Under the pieces are notes generated by a model, which saw nothing but the letters and a program-made list of their open reading frames with translations, did no database searches and had not been told where the DNA came from. The position numbers were made by a program, and so were the translations under genes. A DNA stretch of 64,000 nucleotides from Macrostomum hystrix (taxonomy: Eukaryota > Animalia > Platyhelminthes): positions 23,622,001-23,686,000 of the forward strand of contig CATNEN010000001.1 in the NCBI GenBank assembly GCA_950097015.1. Reading direction: 5' to 3'. Shown piece after piece: positions 49,105-61,689 of the stretch (the first letter of the stretch is position 1; every line of letters starts with the position of its first letter).

Positions 49105-49925
49105 TGCCGCACCCGCGGAATAAGATGGAGTCGGACTAGCGGGGCGTGAGTTTTATCGCCGCACCTGCGGCATCGGGTGGGCCGACTAGCGGGGCGTGAG
49201 TTTTATCGCCGCACCTGCGGAATCGGGTGGGCCGACTAGCGGGGCGTGAGTTTTATCGCCGCACCTGCGGAATCGGGTGGGCCGACTAGCGGGGGCGTGA
49301 GTTTTATTGCCGCACCCGCGGAATCGGGTGGGGGTCGGACTAGCGGGCGTGAGTTTTATTGCCGCGCCCGTGGAATCGGGTGGGGTCGGACTAGCTGGGT
49401 TTGAGTTTTATTGTCGCACACGCGGAATCGGGTGGGGGTCGGACTAGCTGGGTTTGAGTTTTATTGTCGCACCCGCGGAATCGGGTGGGGGTCGGACTAG
49501 CGGGGTATGAGTTTTATTGCCGCACCCGCGGAATCGGGTGGGGCTAGCTCGGCTCGGGTAGGCTCGGGTCGGACTAGCTGGGTTTGAGTTTTATTGCCGC
49601 ACCCGCGGAATCGGGTGGGGGTCGGACTAGCTGGGTTTGAGTTTTATTGCCGCACCCGCGGAATCGGGTGGGGGTCGGACTAGCTGGGTTTGAGTTTTAT
49701 TGCCGCACCCGCGGAATCGGGTGGGGGTCGGACTAGCTGGGTTTGAGTTTTATTGCCGCACCCGCGGAATCGGGTGGGGGTCGGACTAGCTGGGTTTGAG
49801 TTTTATTGCCGCACCCGCGGAATCGGGTGGGGGTCGGACTAGCGGGCTGTGAGTTTTATTGCCGCACCCGCGGAATCGGGTGGGGGTCGGACTAGCTGGG
49901 TTTGAGTTTTATTACCGCACCCGTG
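49105..49925. repeat. 51-53-bp GC-rich minisatellite with internal hairpin cacccg-cggaat-cgggtg
   Basis: About 15 copies, intergenic. Confidence 0.95.
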
Positions 49926-50964
49926 TAGTCATGTAATGCGTCGGGTTAGTGGGTTGTCACTATAATGGCTGCACTGCAGAGCCAAGTTGTCTGATAAAAT
50001 CTGCCTTGATAGTCCCTGTTTTATCGCACAATAATCGGTCTTTTAATCTCGTGTTAAGTCGATTTTCTGCGAAGCCAGTCAATCTTAGCCGATGCGATAA
50101 AAACGTGTGGCCGGATTTCGCTTTTATCTACCAACAGGAGACTCTCGCTCCGGATGTTGCGCCTGATTGAGCGATGTCTGCTTCTGTTTGCTGCCACTCT
50201 TTTGTGAGGTGTGAATGTCGACGCTATGGGGCAGGCCGGGTTCTGGAATGATAAAATCTCCCCACTTTGTCTTTAACTAGATTTTGGCCTGCTTGCATAT
50301 CCAGTGCTGCCTCGCCCGAGCTGATTTATAGAATTATCATTTGCTGCTAAGGTTGCGTTTGGGTCTGATCGAAAGCCTCGGATACGGCGATATTTGAAAC
50401 CCGCTGTGGCAGCACAAAAGTGAATCTGCATGATGCGTTCACTGATTGGCAATAATGGAAAGTTCAGTTCTCCGTTCTGAAAAGGGGAGCTTTTATGCCT
50501 CATCTCTTCGGCCTACCGTTGTTGCCATGCGGAAGTGCAGAGGTCCCAACCTCAACCCACTTCCTGCGGAGTCTGTTTTGTGATTTCAGCCAACAGACTG
50601 TCGCTACGGTCGCTTTCCCTAATGGCTCACGCTTGAGGCATAAAGTGAGTATTTCACTGTGCGAGCCTTGAGACATTGGAGCATTATCCGATTGACTGGC
50701 AAGTGCAGATGTACTTTTATCGCCTGTCTGTCAATCTGTCATTCAGAATGAAGACCATGGCTTTTAAAATACAGCACTTAGGAGATAATCGGACTTTTCT
50801 CCGTGGCCTTGACAGATTCTGCCATAATCCCTGCCAGAGCGCGTGCTGGCAGCATTATTGCGATTGACAGAAAAATACTTGCTTATAAATATCTGATCTC
50901 ATCTACAGAACTTCAGGTATACACTCACTTTTATTCAATGATATCTACAGATATCTATAGATAA

Positions 50965-51280
50965 GGAGGTTTTAGCCTTGTGGTCAGAGCGTCGGACTCG
51001 CGACTTAAAGGTCGGGGGTTCGATTCCGGACTCTAATAGAATAATTTGTCTTTTAGCAAGACAATTAACTCTCCATTGCTTCACAACACCCAGCTGTTAA
51101 ATGGGTACCAACATTAGCTGGGGCAATTGGGGGTGGGTGTGGCGTCCCCCCCAGTCCATGGACTGAACAGCCGTACGCAGCCTTCAGATGCGCCGCGCAA
51201 TAGCTGCGGCTGTGCTGTCGGCTGCACATCTGGCCCTATTGGGGCAGGTGTATTGAATTATTATTACTATTATTATTATT
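50965..51280 (+). mobile_element. tRNA-derived SINE (family 2) with CORE-like central domain
   Basis: A box tagccttgtggtcagagcg, B box ggttcgattcc, then gcaagacaattaactctc..ctgttaaatggg (resembles the MIR core), (att)n tail. Confidence 0.8.
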
Positions 51281-51460
51281 GGTGACAGTGGACCCGCAGC
51301 CAGCTAGAAGGCAATTCTGCCCATTCCGCTGACTCCTGAGCACATACTCAGACATCTGCCCTGACTTTCTCATCTTGGGTTGGCCATCAAGGGCGAAAAA
51401 TTAATGTGGCCTCGCTGCGGAATCGAGCTCTGGGACCTTGGTTGTGAGAGTCTGCAGAGG
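51281..51460 (-). mobile_element. Degenerate SINE family 1 copy, tail-to-tail with SINE family 2
   Basis: Reverse complement aligns with segments of 38828-39040 (gagtcagcg.aatggg.agaattgcct..gctgg.gcgggtc..tgtcacc). Confidence 0.75.
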
Positions 51461-52081
51461 CCGCAATTCCGTTCCGCCAACTCACTGCCTACAGCTTTCC
51501 AGTCCATGGACTGGTATATAGTCGGGCCACTGGCCTCTTCGATTTCTACTCCAGCTATTTCGGGTGCAGTTTGTTCAATAATAGAGAAACCGAGTTTTCC
51601 CCGAGGCTCAATATTCGAACTCAGGACCTCTCCACTGCCACTCTACTGAAAACTAATTTATATAGATCTAAAGCAGCAAAGCTACCATTGTGGACACTCA
51701 TCACCCCTCACTATAGTGGGAACGGCTGGCATGAAATTCACACAGCCAGGTTTCTTGGGCAAATATAACCGCTTGTACTCTGCCTCGCTGCTCCTGAGCT
51801 GCTCGTGAGTCCTTTTCCTTGGGCTTCACCTCCGAGGGAGTCCCCTCTGCATACAGTACTCCTCATTGTTCGCATTCCCAATTCAGGTGCCAGTTTTTCC
51901 CATCAGCCGCCTTTTCCCTGCGAATTCCCAGGGCTGGCATTGGGTCCGCCATGCCATTGGCTGGCATTGGGGGCTATTAGCTGCTGCAGCCCTGGCCTGT
52001 GTGATGGCTGACACTGAAATTTGGAATACATCGAATGTATTTGAAGATTAGCAGCTACTGAGCACTGCTCTCACTGAGACC

Positions 52082-55000
52082 ATGCTGCTGCTGGTACTGG
52101 TGTCCACTTTGTTGCTATGCCTAGCTTTGCCTAGCAACACAGCGACGGAGGCTGGCTCAGATAGAAGCTGCGGTGGAGCTGCGGACATGCCAGCTGACTG
52201 CTGCTGCTGCAGTGGCAGGTGCGTCAGGTGTTTGAGAAGTTTTTTGAGGCTCTAGATCAATAAAACAATTAGTATACTGATGAAAGAATCCGTAGATTGA
52301 CAAAAAATTCCTAGATTGATAGCGAGATCCCTAGATTGATAGTAAGAGCCGTAGATTGATATTAAGATCCCTAGATTGATAGAAAGATCCGTATATTGAC
52401 AATAAATTGCATAGATTGATAGTATGATCTGTAGATTGATAGTGAGACCCGTAGATTGATAATCGAATCCCCAGATTGATAGTAAGATCCGTAGATTGAT
52501 AGTGAGACCCGTAGATTGATAGTAAGATCTGTAGATTGATTGTGAGACCCGTAGATTGATAGTGAGATCCGTAGATTGATAATCAAATACGTAGATTGAT
52601 AATCAAATACGTAGATTGATAATCAAATCCGTAGATTGATAGTAAATTTCGTAGATTGATAATCAAATGCGTAGATTGATAGTGAGATCCGTAGATTGAT
52701 AGTGAGATCCGTAGATTGATAATAAAATCTGTAGATTGATGGTAAGATCCGAAGATTAACAATCAAATGCGTTGATTGATAAACTAATCCATAGATTGAT
52801 AACTAGGTTCGTAAATTGAACATGCAGTCATAAGAAAAGACCAGTATTATCCACAAACAATGAGCTTCTCAGTCTATTAGTTCCGTGAAATCCCAGCCCT
52901 TAATTGCCGTCTTTCCAGCCAGCAGCCCAGCAGACGGAAGGCCTCAAGCTCGGACGGCCGCACTCCTGTGCTCAGCATGATGAATAATTTCCTTGCCCCG
53001 CCACACTTGAGCACAGGTGAGGGCCGCTGTTCTGATTGAATATATTGTTTTAGATTTGCATGACACAGATACCGCTATGCAGTCGATGCACTTTTCAAAC
53101 TGGCCTTCCAAAATCTGATTGCAGGCGAGCCAACGGTGGTACAGATCGGCATCTACGTGAACACCTTCGACTCCGTCAATGTTGAGTCCATGGTGAGAAA
53201 CTCACATTTGTACCTGCCAGGTTCAATGTTTTACCTAGGCAGCAGAACTCCTACTTCGGAGGAAAAATTGGTTCAAAAGATTTTCGAGCAAAATATCTGC
53301 TCCCATCTTGCAGATCCCATTTTGCAGATCCCATCTTGCAGATCCCATCTTGCAGATCCCATCTTGCAGATCCCATCTTGCAGATCCCATCTTGCAGATC
53401 CCATCTTGCAGATCCCATCTTGCAGATCCCATCTTGCAGATCCCATCTTGCAGATCCCATCTTGCAGATCCCATCTTGCAGATCCCATCTTGCAGATCCC
53501 ATCTTGCAGATCCCATCTTGCAGATCCCATCTTGCAGATCCCATCTTGCAGATCCCATCATGCAGATCCCATCATGCAGATCCCATCTTGCAGATCCCAT
53601 CATGCAGATCCCATCATGCAGATCCCATCATGCAGATCCCATCATGCAGATCCCATCTTGCAGATCCCATCTTGCAGATCCCATCTTGCAGATCCCATCT
53701 TGCAGATCCCATTTTGCAGATCCCATTTTGCAGATCCCATCTTGCAGATCCCATCTTGCAGATCCCATCATGCAGATCCCATCTTGCAGATCCCATCTTG
53801 CAGATCCCATCTTGCAGATCCCATCTTGCAGATCCCATTTTGCAGATCCCATTTTGCAGATCCCATCATGCAGATCCCATCATGCAGATCCCATCATGCA
53901 GATCCCATCTTGAAGATCCCATCTTGCAGATCCCATCTTGCAGATCCCATCTTGCAGATCCCATCTTGCAGATCCCATCTTGCAGATCCCATCTTGCAGA
54001 TCCCATCTTGCAGATCCCATCTTGCAGATCCCATCTTGCAGATCCCATCTTGCAGATCCCATCTTGCAGATCCCATCTTGCAGATCCCATCTTGCAGATC
54101 CCATCTTGCAGATCCCATCTTGCAGATCCCATCTTGCAGATCCCATCTTGCAGATCCCGTCTTGCAGATCCCATCTTGCAGATCCCATCTTGCAGATCCC
54201 ATCTTGCAGATCCCATCTTGCAGATCCCATCTTGCAGATCCCATCTTGCAGATCCCATCTTGCAGATCCCGTCTTGCAGATCCCATCTTGCAGATCCCAT
54301 CTTGCAGATCCCATCTTGCAGATCCCATTTTGCAGATCCCATCTTGCAGATCCCATCTTCCAGATCCCATCAAGCAGCTGCTATATCCTTTTAGGTACCT
54401 CAGCAAGTCGTTTATAGCGCTTGAACTCTTAATGAGTACTTTTAATCCCAAATAACCTGCTCAATCGACAATTTTCGCACTTTTGAAGCAGACAATGCGT
54501 TGTCTGTTTGAAGAATCGAATCGTCTGTATTGTGTGTGAGATCCTAAGAGCCTAATTTGCTAGGGTCAGTGTGTTTCAAAATTGATTTTCAGCCGCTAAA
54601 GCAAACAGAAGGTGAGCCTTGTTGCCAAATTGCGAGCCTTCGGTGCAGCTTAGAGACTTCCCCCTTTTTCCCTAGCAACTAATCTGATCAACTCAGATTA
54701 TATGAGACACTGGGGCAACAGCCTATCAGCTGATGAAGGCTACTCACACTGTCTCCCATACCTCACTTGTGTTCTCAATTTTCTTGGCTCGCCAGCCAAA
54801 AGTCACGCTGAGCTGTCTCAGCCTATAGCAACTGCACAGTGAGTATTGACTGGCCCCTGAAACTCTGCGAACTTATTGATTGGGTCCAGTAAATTGACAC
54901 CATCTTTAGTATTATGCATTCTCGAGATCTCAGTAGCCTGAGTAGCTCTGTAGATTGTGGCAGTCAGACAATAGTATGTAGGATGGCTAGATTAATACAG

Positions 55001-58000
55001 GTATAATATAGATGCATTGACAATGCAATAACTATCTATACCTGATTCTGACTGCATCAAATATTAACTATTCATTGGGCTGCAGTGGCGCCCTCTCTGA
55101 GAACAATGTATAAATGTATAATATATATTGAGATCCAAGAGAAATTTCCTTTGTTCTGATAGCTTTAGTTATTTCCGATGAAAATTTGTTTCGATAAATT
55201 TACTGCCTACTGGGCTACAATTAATTGTTGCGTTTTTTTATTTCACACAAACCTTGATAGAAAAAAATGATTATGAAAAAAATATACAAAAAACAATTTA
55301 TTAGGATGTTTTGCTATTCTCCCAAACCCTATTTTTGTCCTCGTGGTGTCTTGCATTTGCATTCCCATATTTTAGGGGATTTTATCAATTCCGACTTTCT
55401 GAATTTGCCTCGTTTGTGGGACCCTGAAGTCATAAATCACTTCTGCACTAAAACAGGATTAGCACCTTCTCGTTCTAATCATTCATACAGGTCATAAAGT
55501 CTATCTTGACTAGTTATTGACTTAAAGACTGTCATAAAGTATATTTTCACTGGTCATAGACTTCAAGACTGGTCATAGAGTATATTCTAACTGGTCATCG
55601 AATCTATCATGACTGGTCATAGAGTCTATCATGACTGGTCATCGAGTCTATCATGACTGGTCATCGAGTCTATCATGACTGGTCATAGAGTCTATCATGA
55701 CTGGTCATCGAGTCTATCATGACTGGTCATAGAGTCTATCATGACTGGTCATAGAGTCTATCATGACTGGTCATAGAGTCTATCATGACTGGTCATAGAG
55801 TCTATCATGACTGGTCATAGAGTCTATCATGACTGGTCATAGAGTCTATCATGACTGGTCATAGAGTCTATCATGACTGGTCATAGAGTCTATCATGACT
55901 GGTCATAGAGTCTATCATGACTGGTCATAGAGTCTATCATGACTGGTCATAGAGTCTATCATGACTGGTCATCGAGTCTATCATGACTGGTCATAGAGTC
56001 TATCATGACTGGTCATCGAGTCTATCATGACTGGTCATCGAGTCTATCATGACTGGTCATCGAGTCTATCATGACTGGTCATCGAGTCTATCATGACTGG
56101 TCATCGAGTCTATCATGACTGGTCATAGAGACAGATTGCATTAAATGGCTTTTGGCAGCCTGTACGGACTGTACAGTTGTATACGCAGCCTTTGGAAATA
56201 TATCTGGCCCAACAACTGACCGTACAATGCTCCAGCATGTCATGTAACATATTGCGGCATGACCTTTTAGCCCGCTTGACTGAAGTCAAAATCTAATTCA
56301 CTGACACGGGTCGCCGACTCTCGCATCAAGAAGCTCCAGCCCCCCCCATTTGAAACCACGCCACCGTGGCAGGACTACAGCATCCAGATCTTCCTGCGGC
56401 TGTCCTGGCTCGACAAGCGCCTGTCCTACAATGCCAGCGGGGTGCACAGTCAGCAGCGACAGGCTCCGGATAATCAGGAGGCCTTCGACACTACGGCAGG
56501 CCCGAATCCGACGGCTCAATCAGCTCCGATCAACGAGTCCACCGGCCTGACCATCGACCCGCGACTGATCGACGAAATCTGGCTGCCGGATATTATCTTC
56601 ATGAATGAGAAGCAGGCCAAGTATCACGACATCACCATACCCAACAAGCTGCTGCGCATCAAGCCGAACGGCGAGGTCTACTACTCAAGCAGGTTTAATT
56701 TCCTGGCTGCTGTGTTTCTCTGCTGCTCAAACGATGGCGATTCAGACTGATCAATCACAAGGCTTTTTGACTGTTATTTGAAGTTGAGAATTTTTTCCCA
56801 AATCCTAGCTTGATGGCAGTTAAGCCAGGCGATGGAGCTTTGGAATGGGCAACCATAGGGTCATGAGTTCGATCCCACCAACAAGGGATTTTGTAAATAT
56901 GACTCGGGAATATAAATGGGAATTTTATCGAACTTACGCGTTACTTGAGAACTTTAGAGCACGTTGAATCCCATGCGAGTTGCGATTTTTTTAATCTGAT
57001 TTAACTGCCGATATGTATCGAAAAACGTAAATAACTTTAACTAGACTTAATGGCCGATATGTATCGAAAAATCTAAATAATTTTCGATTGCAATTGATCG
57101 CAAACTGAACAAAAATTTCTCTCAGGATAAGTCTTCGCCTAGGCTGCTACATGGAGCTGTACAGGTTTCCCCTGGACACACAAACCTGCGAGATCAACAT
57201 GGAGAGCTGTGAGTTGAAAGCTTGCTGAAGCACCGCAATCTTGATTTCCGTAAAATATTGAGAACTCTGCGAAGCAAAAAAGTGGATTATGAAACCTGTA
57301 AGAAATTCTATGACGTTTTATTTTTTAATCTTGGTGGCTATGCTGTAATTAGATTTCTTCAGTTTAGTGTGAATTTTTCCATAAGTCGGTTTCTGAAACT
57401 ATTTGTCAAATCAGTTTTTAAAAGTATTTTGTTTTTAACCTCCCCGCGTTAATGCGGTATCAATTGAAAAAATATGTTTCTAAGAATTCTGATTCTTGAA
57501 CTTAAGATTCTAAAAATATATTTCCAAGAATTCCGTTTTTAAAAATTAATTTTAAAATAAATATGTTTCCAGGAAATCGGACTCTAGGAATACATTTTCT
57601 AAGAATTCAGTTTCTTTGAAGCTGGTTTTAAACAAATGTTTCTACGAATTAGGCTCTGAATAGTTTTGATACGAACAATTTTTTCCATGAATAAATTTAA
57701 CTTCTTAAAAAATAATTTCTTTCTTCGAACCTAAAGTTGTGATTTCCATGGAGTTCTTTGAAAGTTACCATGAGAAATTTAGTTTTCGTAAATATTATTC
57801 CCCTCACGTAAATTGCAGATCGGTTCACGAAACAGGAGCTTCTACTTCGCTGGAGACCGGAGAAACCTTTTGAGATTAACAAAGACTTTCACCTGCCTCA
57901 ATTTGTGCTCATAAATTGGAACACTTCCAGCTGTGACACTGAGTACATCTCAGGTTTGTTTTGCTAAAACAATTGTTGTTTTTGTTCAACAAGATCTCTT

Positions 58001-61000
58001 GGATACAATTTACGATACATGTACAGCCAGGATGTACAGCCAAATGTACAGCCAAATGTACAGCCAAATGTACAGCCAAATGTACAGCTCTCTAAATGTA
58101 ATGCTTCAGGATAGCTCTAAACCTTCAGGATAGCTCTAATGCTTCAGGATTGCTCTAAACCTTCAGGATAGCTCTAATGCTTCAGGATTGCTCTAAACCT
58201 TCAGGATAGCTCTAATGCTTCAGGATAGCTCTAAACCTTCAGGATAGCTCTAATGCTTCAGGATAGCTCTAATGCTTCAGGATAGCTCTAATGCTTCAGG
58301 ATAGCTCTAATGCTTCAGGATAGCTCTAATGCTTCAGGATAGCTCTAATGCTTCAGGATAGCTCTAATGCTTCAGGATAGCTCTAATGCTTCAGGATAGC
58401 TCTAATGCTTCAGGATAGCTCTAATGCTTCAGGATAGCTCTAATGCTTCAGGATAGCTCTAATGCTTCAGGATTGCTCTAAACCTTCAGGATTGCTCTAA
58501 ACCTTCAGGATGGCTCTAATCCTTCAGGATAGCTCTAATGCTTCAGGATATCTCTAAACCTTCAGGATAGCTCTAATGCTTCAGGATAGCTCTAAACCTT
58601 CAGGATAGCTCTAATGCTTCAGGATAGCTCTAAACCTTCAGGATAGCTCTAAACCTTCAGGATGGCTCTAATCCTTCAGGATAGCTCTAATGCTTCAGGA
58701 TTGCTCTAAACCTTCAGGATAGCTCTAATGCTTCAGGATAGCTCTAATGCTTCAGGATATCTCTAAACCTTCAGGATAGCTCTAATGCTTCAGGATAGCT
58801 CTAAACCTTCAGGATAGCTCTAATGCTTCAGGATAGCTCTAATGCTTCAGGATAGCTCTAATGCTTCAGGATAGCTCTAATGCTTCAGGATAGCTCTAAA
58901 CCTTCAGGATAGCTCTAATGCTTCAGGATAGCTCTAATGCTTCAGGATAGCTCTAAACCTTCAGGATAGCTCTAATGCTTCAGGATAGCTCTAATGCTTC
59001 AGGATAGCTCTAAACCTTCAGGATAGCTCTAATGCTTCAGGATAGCTCTAATGCTTCAGGATAGCTCTAAACCTTCAGGATAGCTCTAAACCTTCAGGAT
59101 AGCTCTAATGCTTCAGGATAGCTCTAAACCTTCAGGATAGCTCTAAACCTTCAGGATGGCTCTAATCCTTCAGGATAGCTCTAATGCTTCAGGATTGCTC
59201 TAAACCTTCAGGATAGCTCTAATGCTTCAGGATAGCTCTAAACCTTCAGGATAGCTCTAATGCTTCAGGATAGCTCTAATGCTTCAGGATAGCTCTAAAC
59301 CTTCAGGATAGCTCTAATGCTTCAGGATAGCTCTAATGCTTCAGGATAGCTCTAATGCTTCAGGATAGCTCTAATGCTTCAGGATAGCTCTAATGCTTCA
59401 GGATAGCTCTAATGCTTCAGGATAGCTCTAATGCTTCAGGATAGCTCTAATGCTTCAGGATAGCTCTAATGCTTCAGGATAGCTCTAATGCTTCAGGATA
59501 GCTCTAATGCTTCAGGATTGCTCTAAACCTTCAGGATTGCTCTAAACCTTCAGGATGGCTCTAATCCTTCAGGATAGCTCTAATGCTTCAGGATATCTCT
59601 AAACCTTCAGGATAGCTCTAATGCTTCAGGATAGCTCTAAACCTTCAGGATAGCTCTAATGCTTCAGGATAGCTCTAAACCTTCAGGATAGCTCTAATGC
59701 TTCAGGATAGCTCTAAACCTTCAGGATAGCTCTAAACCTTCAGGATGGCTCTAATCCTTCAGGATAGCTCTAATGCTTCAGGATATCTCTAAACCTTCAG
59801 GATAGCTCTAATGCTTCAGGATAGCTCTAATGCTTCAGGATATCTCTAAACCTTCAGGATAGCTCTAATGCTTCAGGATAGCTCTAAACCTTCAGGATAG
59901 CTCTAATGCTTCAGGATAGCTCTAATGCTTCAGGATAGCTCTAATGCTTCAGGATAGCTCTAATGCTTCAGGATAGCTCTAAACCTTCAGGATAGCTCTA
60001 ATGCTTCAGGATAGCTCTAATGCTTCAGGATAGCTCTAAACCTTCAGGATAGCTCTAATGCTTCAGGATAGCTCTAATGCTTCAGGATAGCTCTAAACCT
60101 TCAGGATAGCTCTAATGCTTCAGGATAGCTCTAATGCTTCAGGATAGCTCTAAACCTTCAGGATAGCTCTAAACCTTCAGGATGGCTCTAATCCTTCAGG
60201 ATAGCTCTAATGCTTCAGGATTGCTCTAATGCTTCAGGATGGCTAGCTCAGTTGAAGTCTGAACTCAGCTGAACTAAAAAATGTCAGTTGAGCTCACGGT
60301 GTTCTCAAAGCGAGTGTTCGTGAGTTAACTGCCACGGTGAAATATGTTGGTGACAAGTTTTCCTACTAACAATGTCCAGTTAACAGACTCATCCCATTTT
60401 CTAAGAATCACTCTTTGAATTTAAATGAATCAACTAATTGTCAATCATACAAGACTTTGTAATCTTTCATTGTTTCATTCCTTTGTGAAGTTCACAAGAA
60501 TAGTTAGCCCATCAATGCGATGGGATTATGAAGTTAGGCGCCGTACGCAACTGAGCCGTAGGTGAATGCAGAAATCGAATTACTGCTAATTTGATCAGAT
60601 GCATTAGCACCGTCTGCGGGCTCTGCAAGAACTTCTGCTTTGTCAGGAAAAGCTGGGGAAAGTGTGAAAGCTGTTCTGAGAAAACATTTTCTAAGACACG
60701 CGATGGCTGGCATTCTGTGTGGCTGCAGCTCTCATTCCGACATTGATGAAAGCTGAAAAATTGTTAATCAATTTTTTCTCAATTGAATTTAGTGGTCTGC
60801 ACTCTTTTTTCTCTTCTCCCAGGTTAATTTGCCTTTCCTTGAAGTATTTTTAAAAACTTTTCAGACTGGCCGATGAAAGTTTCATTTGAAGTGTTTTGCG
60901 GTTGGGGAAGTAGTTTAATATTGAGGCAAGGTAGGGAGTTGCAGAAAAAGCTATTTTGAAGTGGGATATGAGAGGGAGTGAAATTAAAAATGGGAGAATC

Positions 61001-61626
61001 CGGAATGTAGGGAGATTAATATGGGATTATCGGAGAAGTAGATGGGATATTGGGAGAAGAGGGAATAATGGGAGAAGGGGGGATATAGGGAGAAAGAACA
61101 AAGAGAGAAGATGGAATAAAGGGAGAAGATGGGATATTGGGAGAACATGGGACAATGGGAGAAGAGGGGATAAAGGGAGAAGAGGGGATATTGGGAGAAA
61201 ATGGGACAATAGGAGAAGATGGGATGATGGGAGAAGATGGGATAATGGGAGAAGATGGGATATTGGGAGAAGATGGGATAAAGTGAGAAGATGGGACAAT
61301 GGGAGAAGATGGGACACTGGGAGAAGAGGGGATAATGGGAGAAGAGGGCTCCATGGGGATAATAGGAGATAGTAGGTAATGGGGTTAATTGTAAAGCGCT
61401 GAAGTGGGTGTGATGAGAAAAGAATGTGGGATAATCAGAGAAAAGGGGATAACTCACTGCCGCTACCCCGCAGGCGAGTATCCGTGCCTGCGGGTGCACT
61501 TCGTGCTTCGCCGCGTGTTCGCTGTCTACCTGATCCAGTACTATGTGCCCAGCACCCTGATTGTTATCCTGTCCTGGGTGTCCTTCTGGATCAGCATCGA
61601 GGCCGTGCCTGCCCGGATCTCGCTGG
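52082..61626 (+). CDS. Anion-selective Cys-loop ligand-gated channel (GlyR/GluCl-like), 3'-partial; exons 52082-52218, 52919-53016, 53125-53192, 56373-56692, 57126-57208, 57819-57953, 61474-61626
   Basis: Signal peptide, [12 protein letters not shown], Cys-loop [15 protein letters not shown], loop-C Cys pair [13 protein letters not shown]1 [20 protein letters not shown] motif; all junctions phase-compatible. Confidence 0.93.
52285..52810. repeat. Intronic 20-bp minisatellite (cgtagattgatagtgagatc)
   Basis: Tandem variants. Confidence 0.94.
53297..54370. repeat. Intronic 14-bp minisatellite (gatcccatcttgca)
   Basis: Homogeneous tandem. Confidence 0.98.
55540..56128. repeat. Intronic 22-bp quasi-palindromic minisatellite (gactggtcatagagtctatcat)
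   Basis: Tandem with a degenerate 5' edge. Confidence 0.96.
58019..60242. repeat. Intronic short 12-bp repeat followed by a 19-bp minisatellite (cttcaggatagctctaatg/ac)
   Basis: Over 100 units, two main variants. Confidence 0.97.
61030..61370. repeat. Intronic 18-bp purine-rich repeat (gggagaagatgggataat)
   Basis: Degenerate tandem before the M1 exon. Confidence 0.9.
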
Positions 61627-61689
61627 GTGAGCTACCGCAGATTGTGCCAGTTGAGGGCTTGACCACCTTCTCTGAGTCCCTCCACCTAC

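Noticed and set aside
53136-54455. 439-aa ORF; also the 633-aa ORF at 61404 and the ORF at 40211
   Set aside because: Real exons reading through a GT donor into intronic repeats.
56812-56885. tRNA gene; likewise at 38795 and 50965
   Set aside because: Only box-like motifs without a full cloverleaf; better explained as SINE heads.
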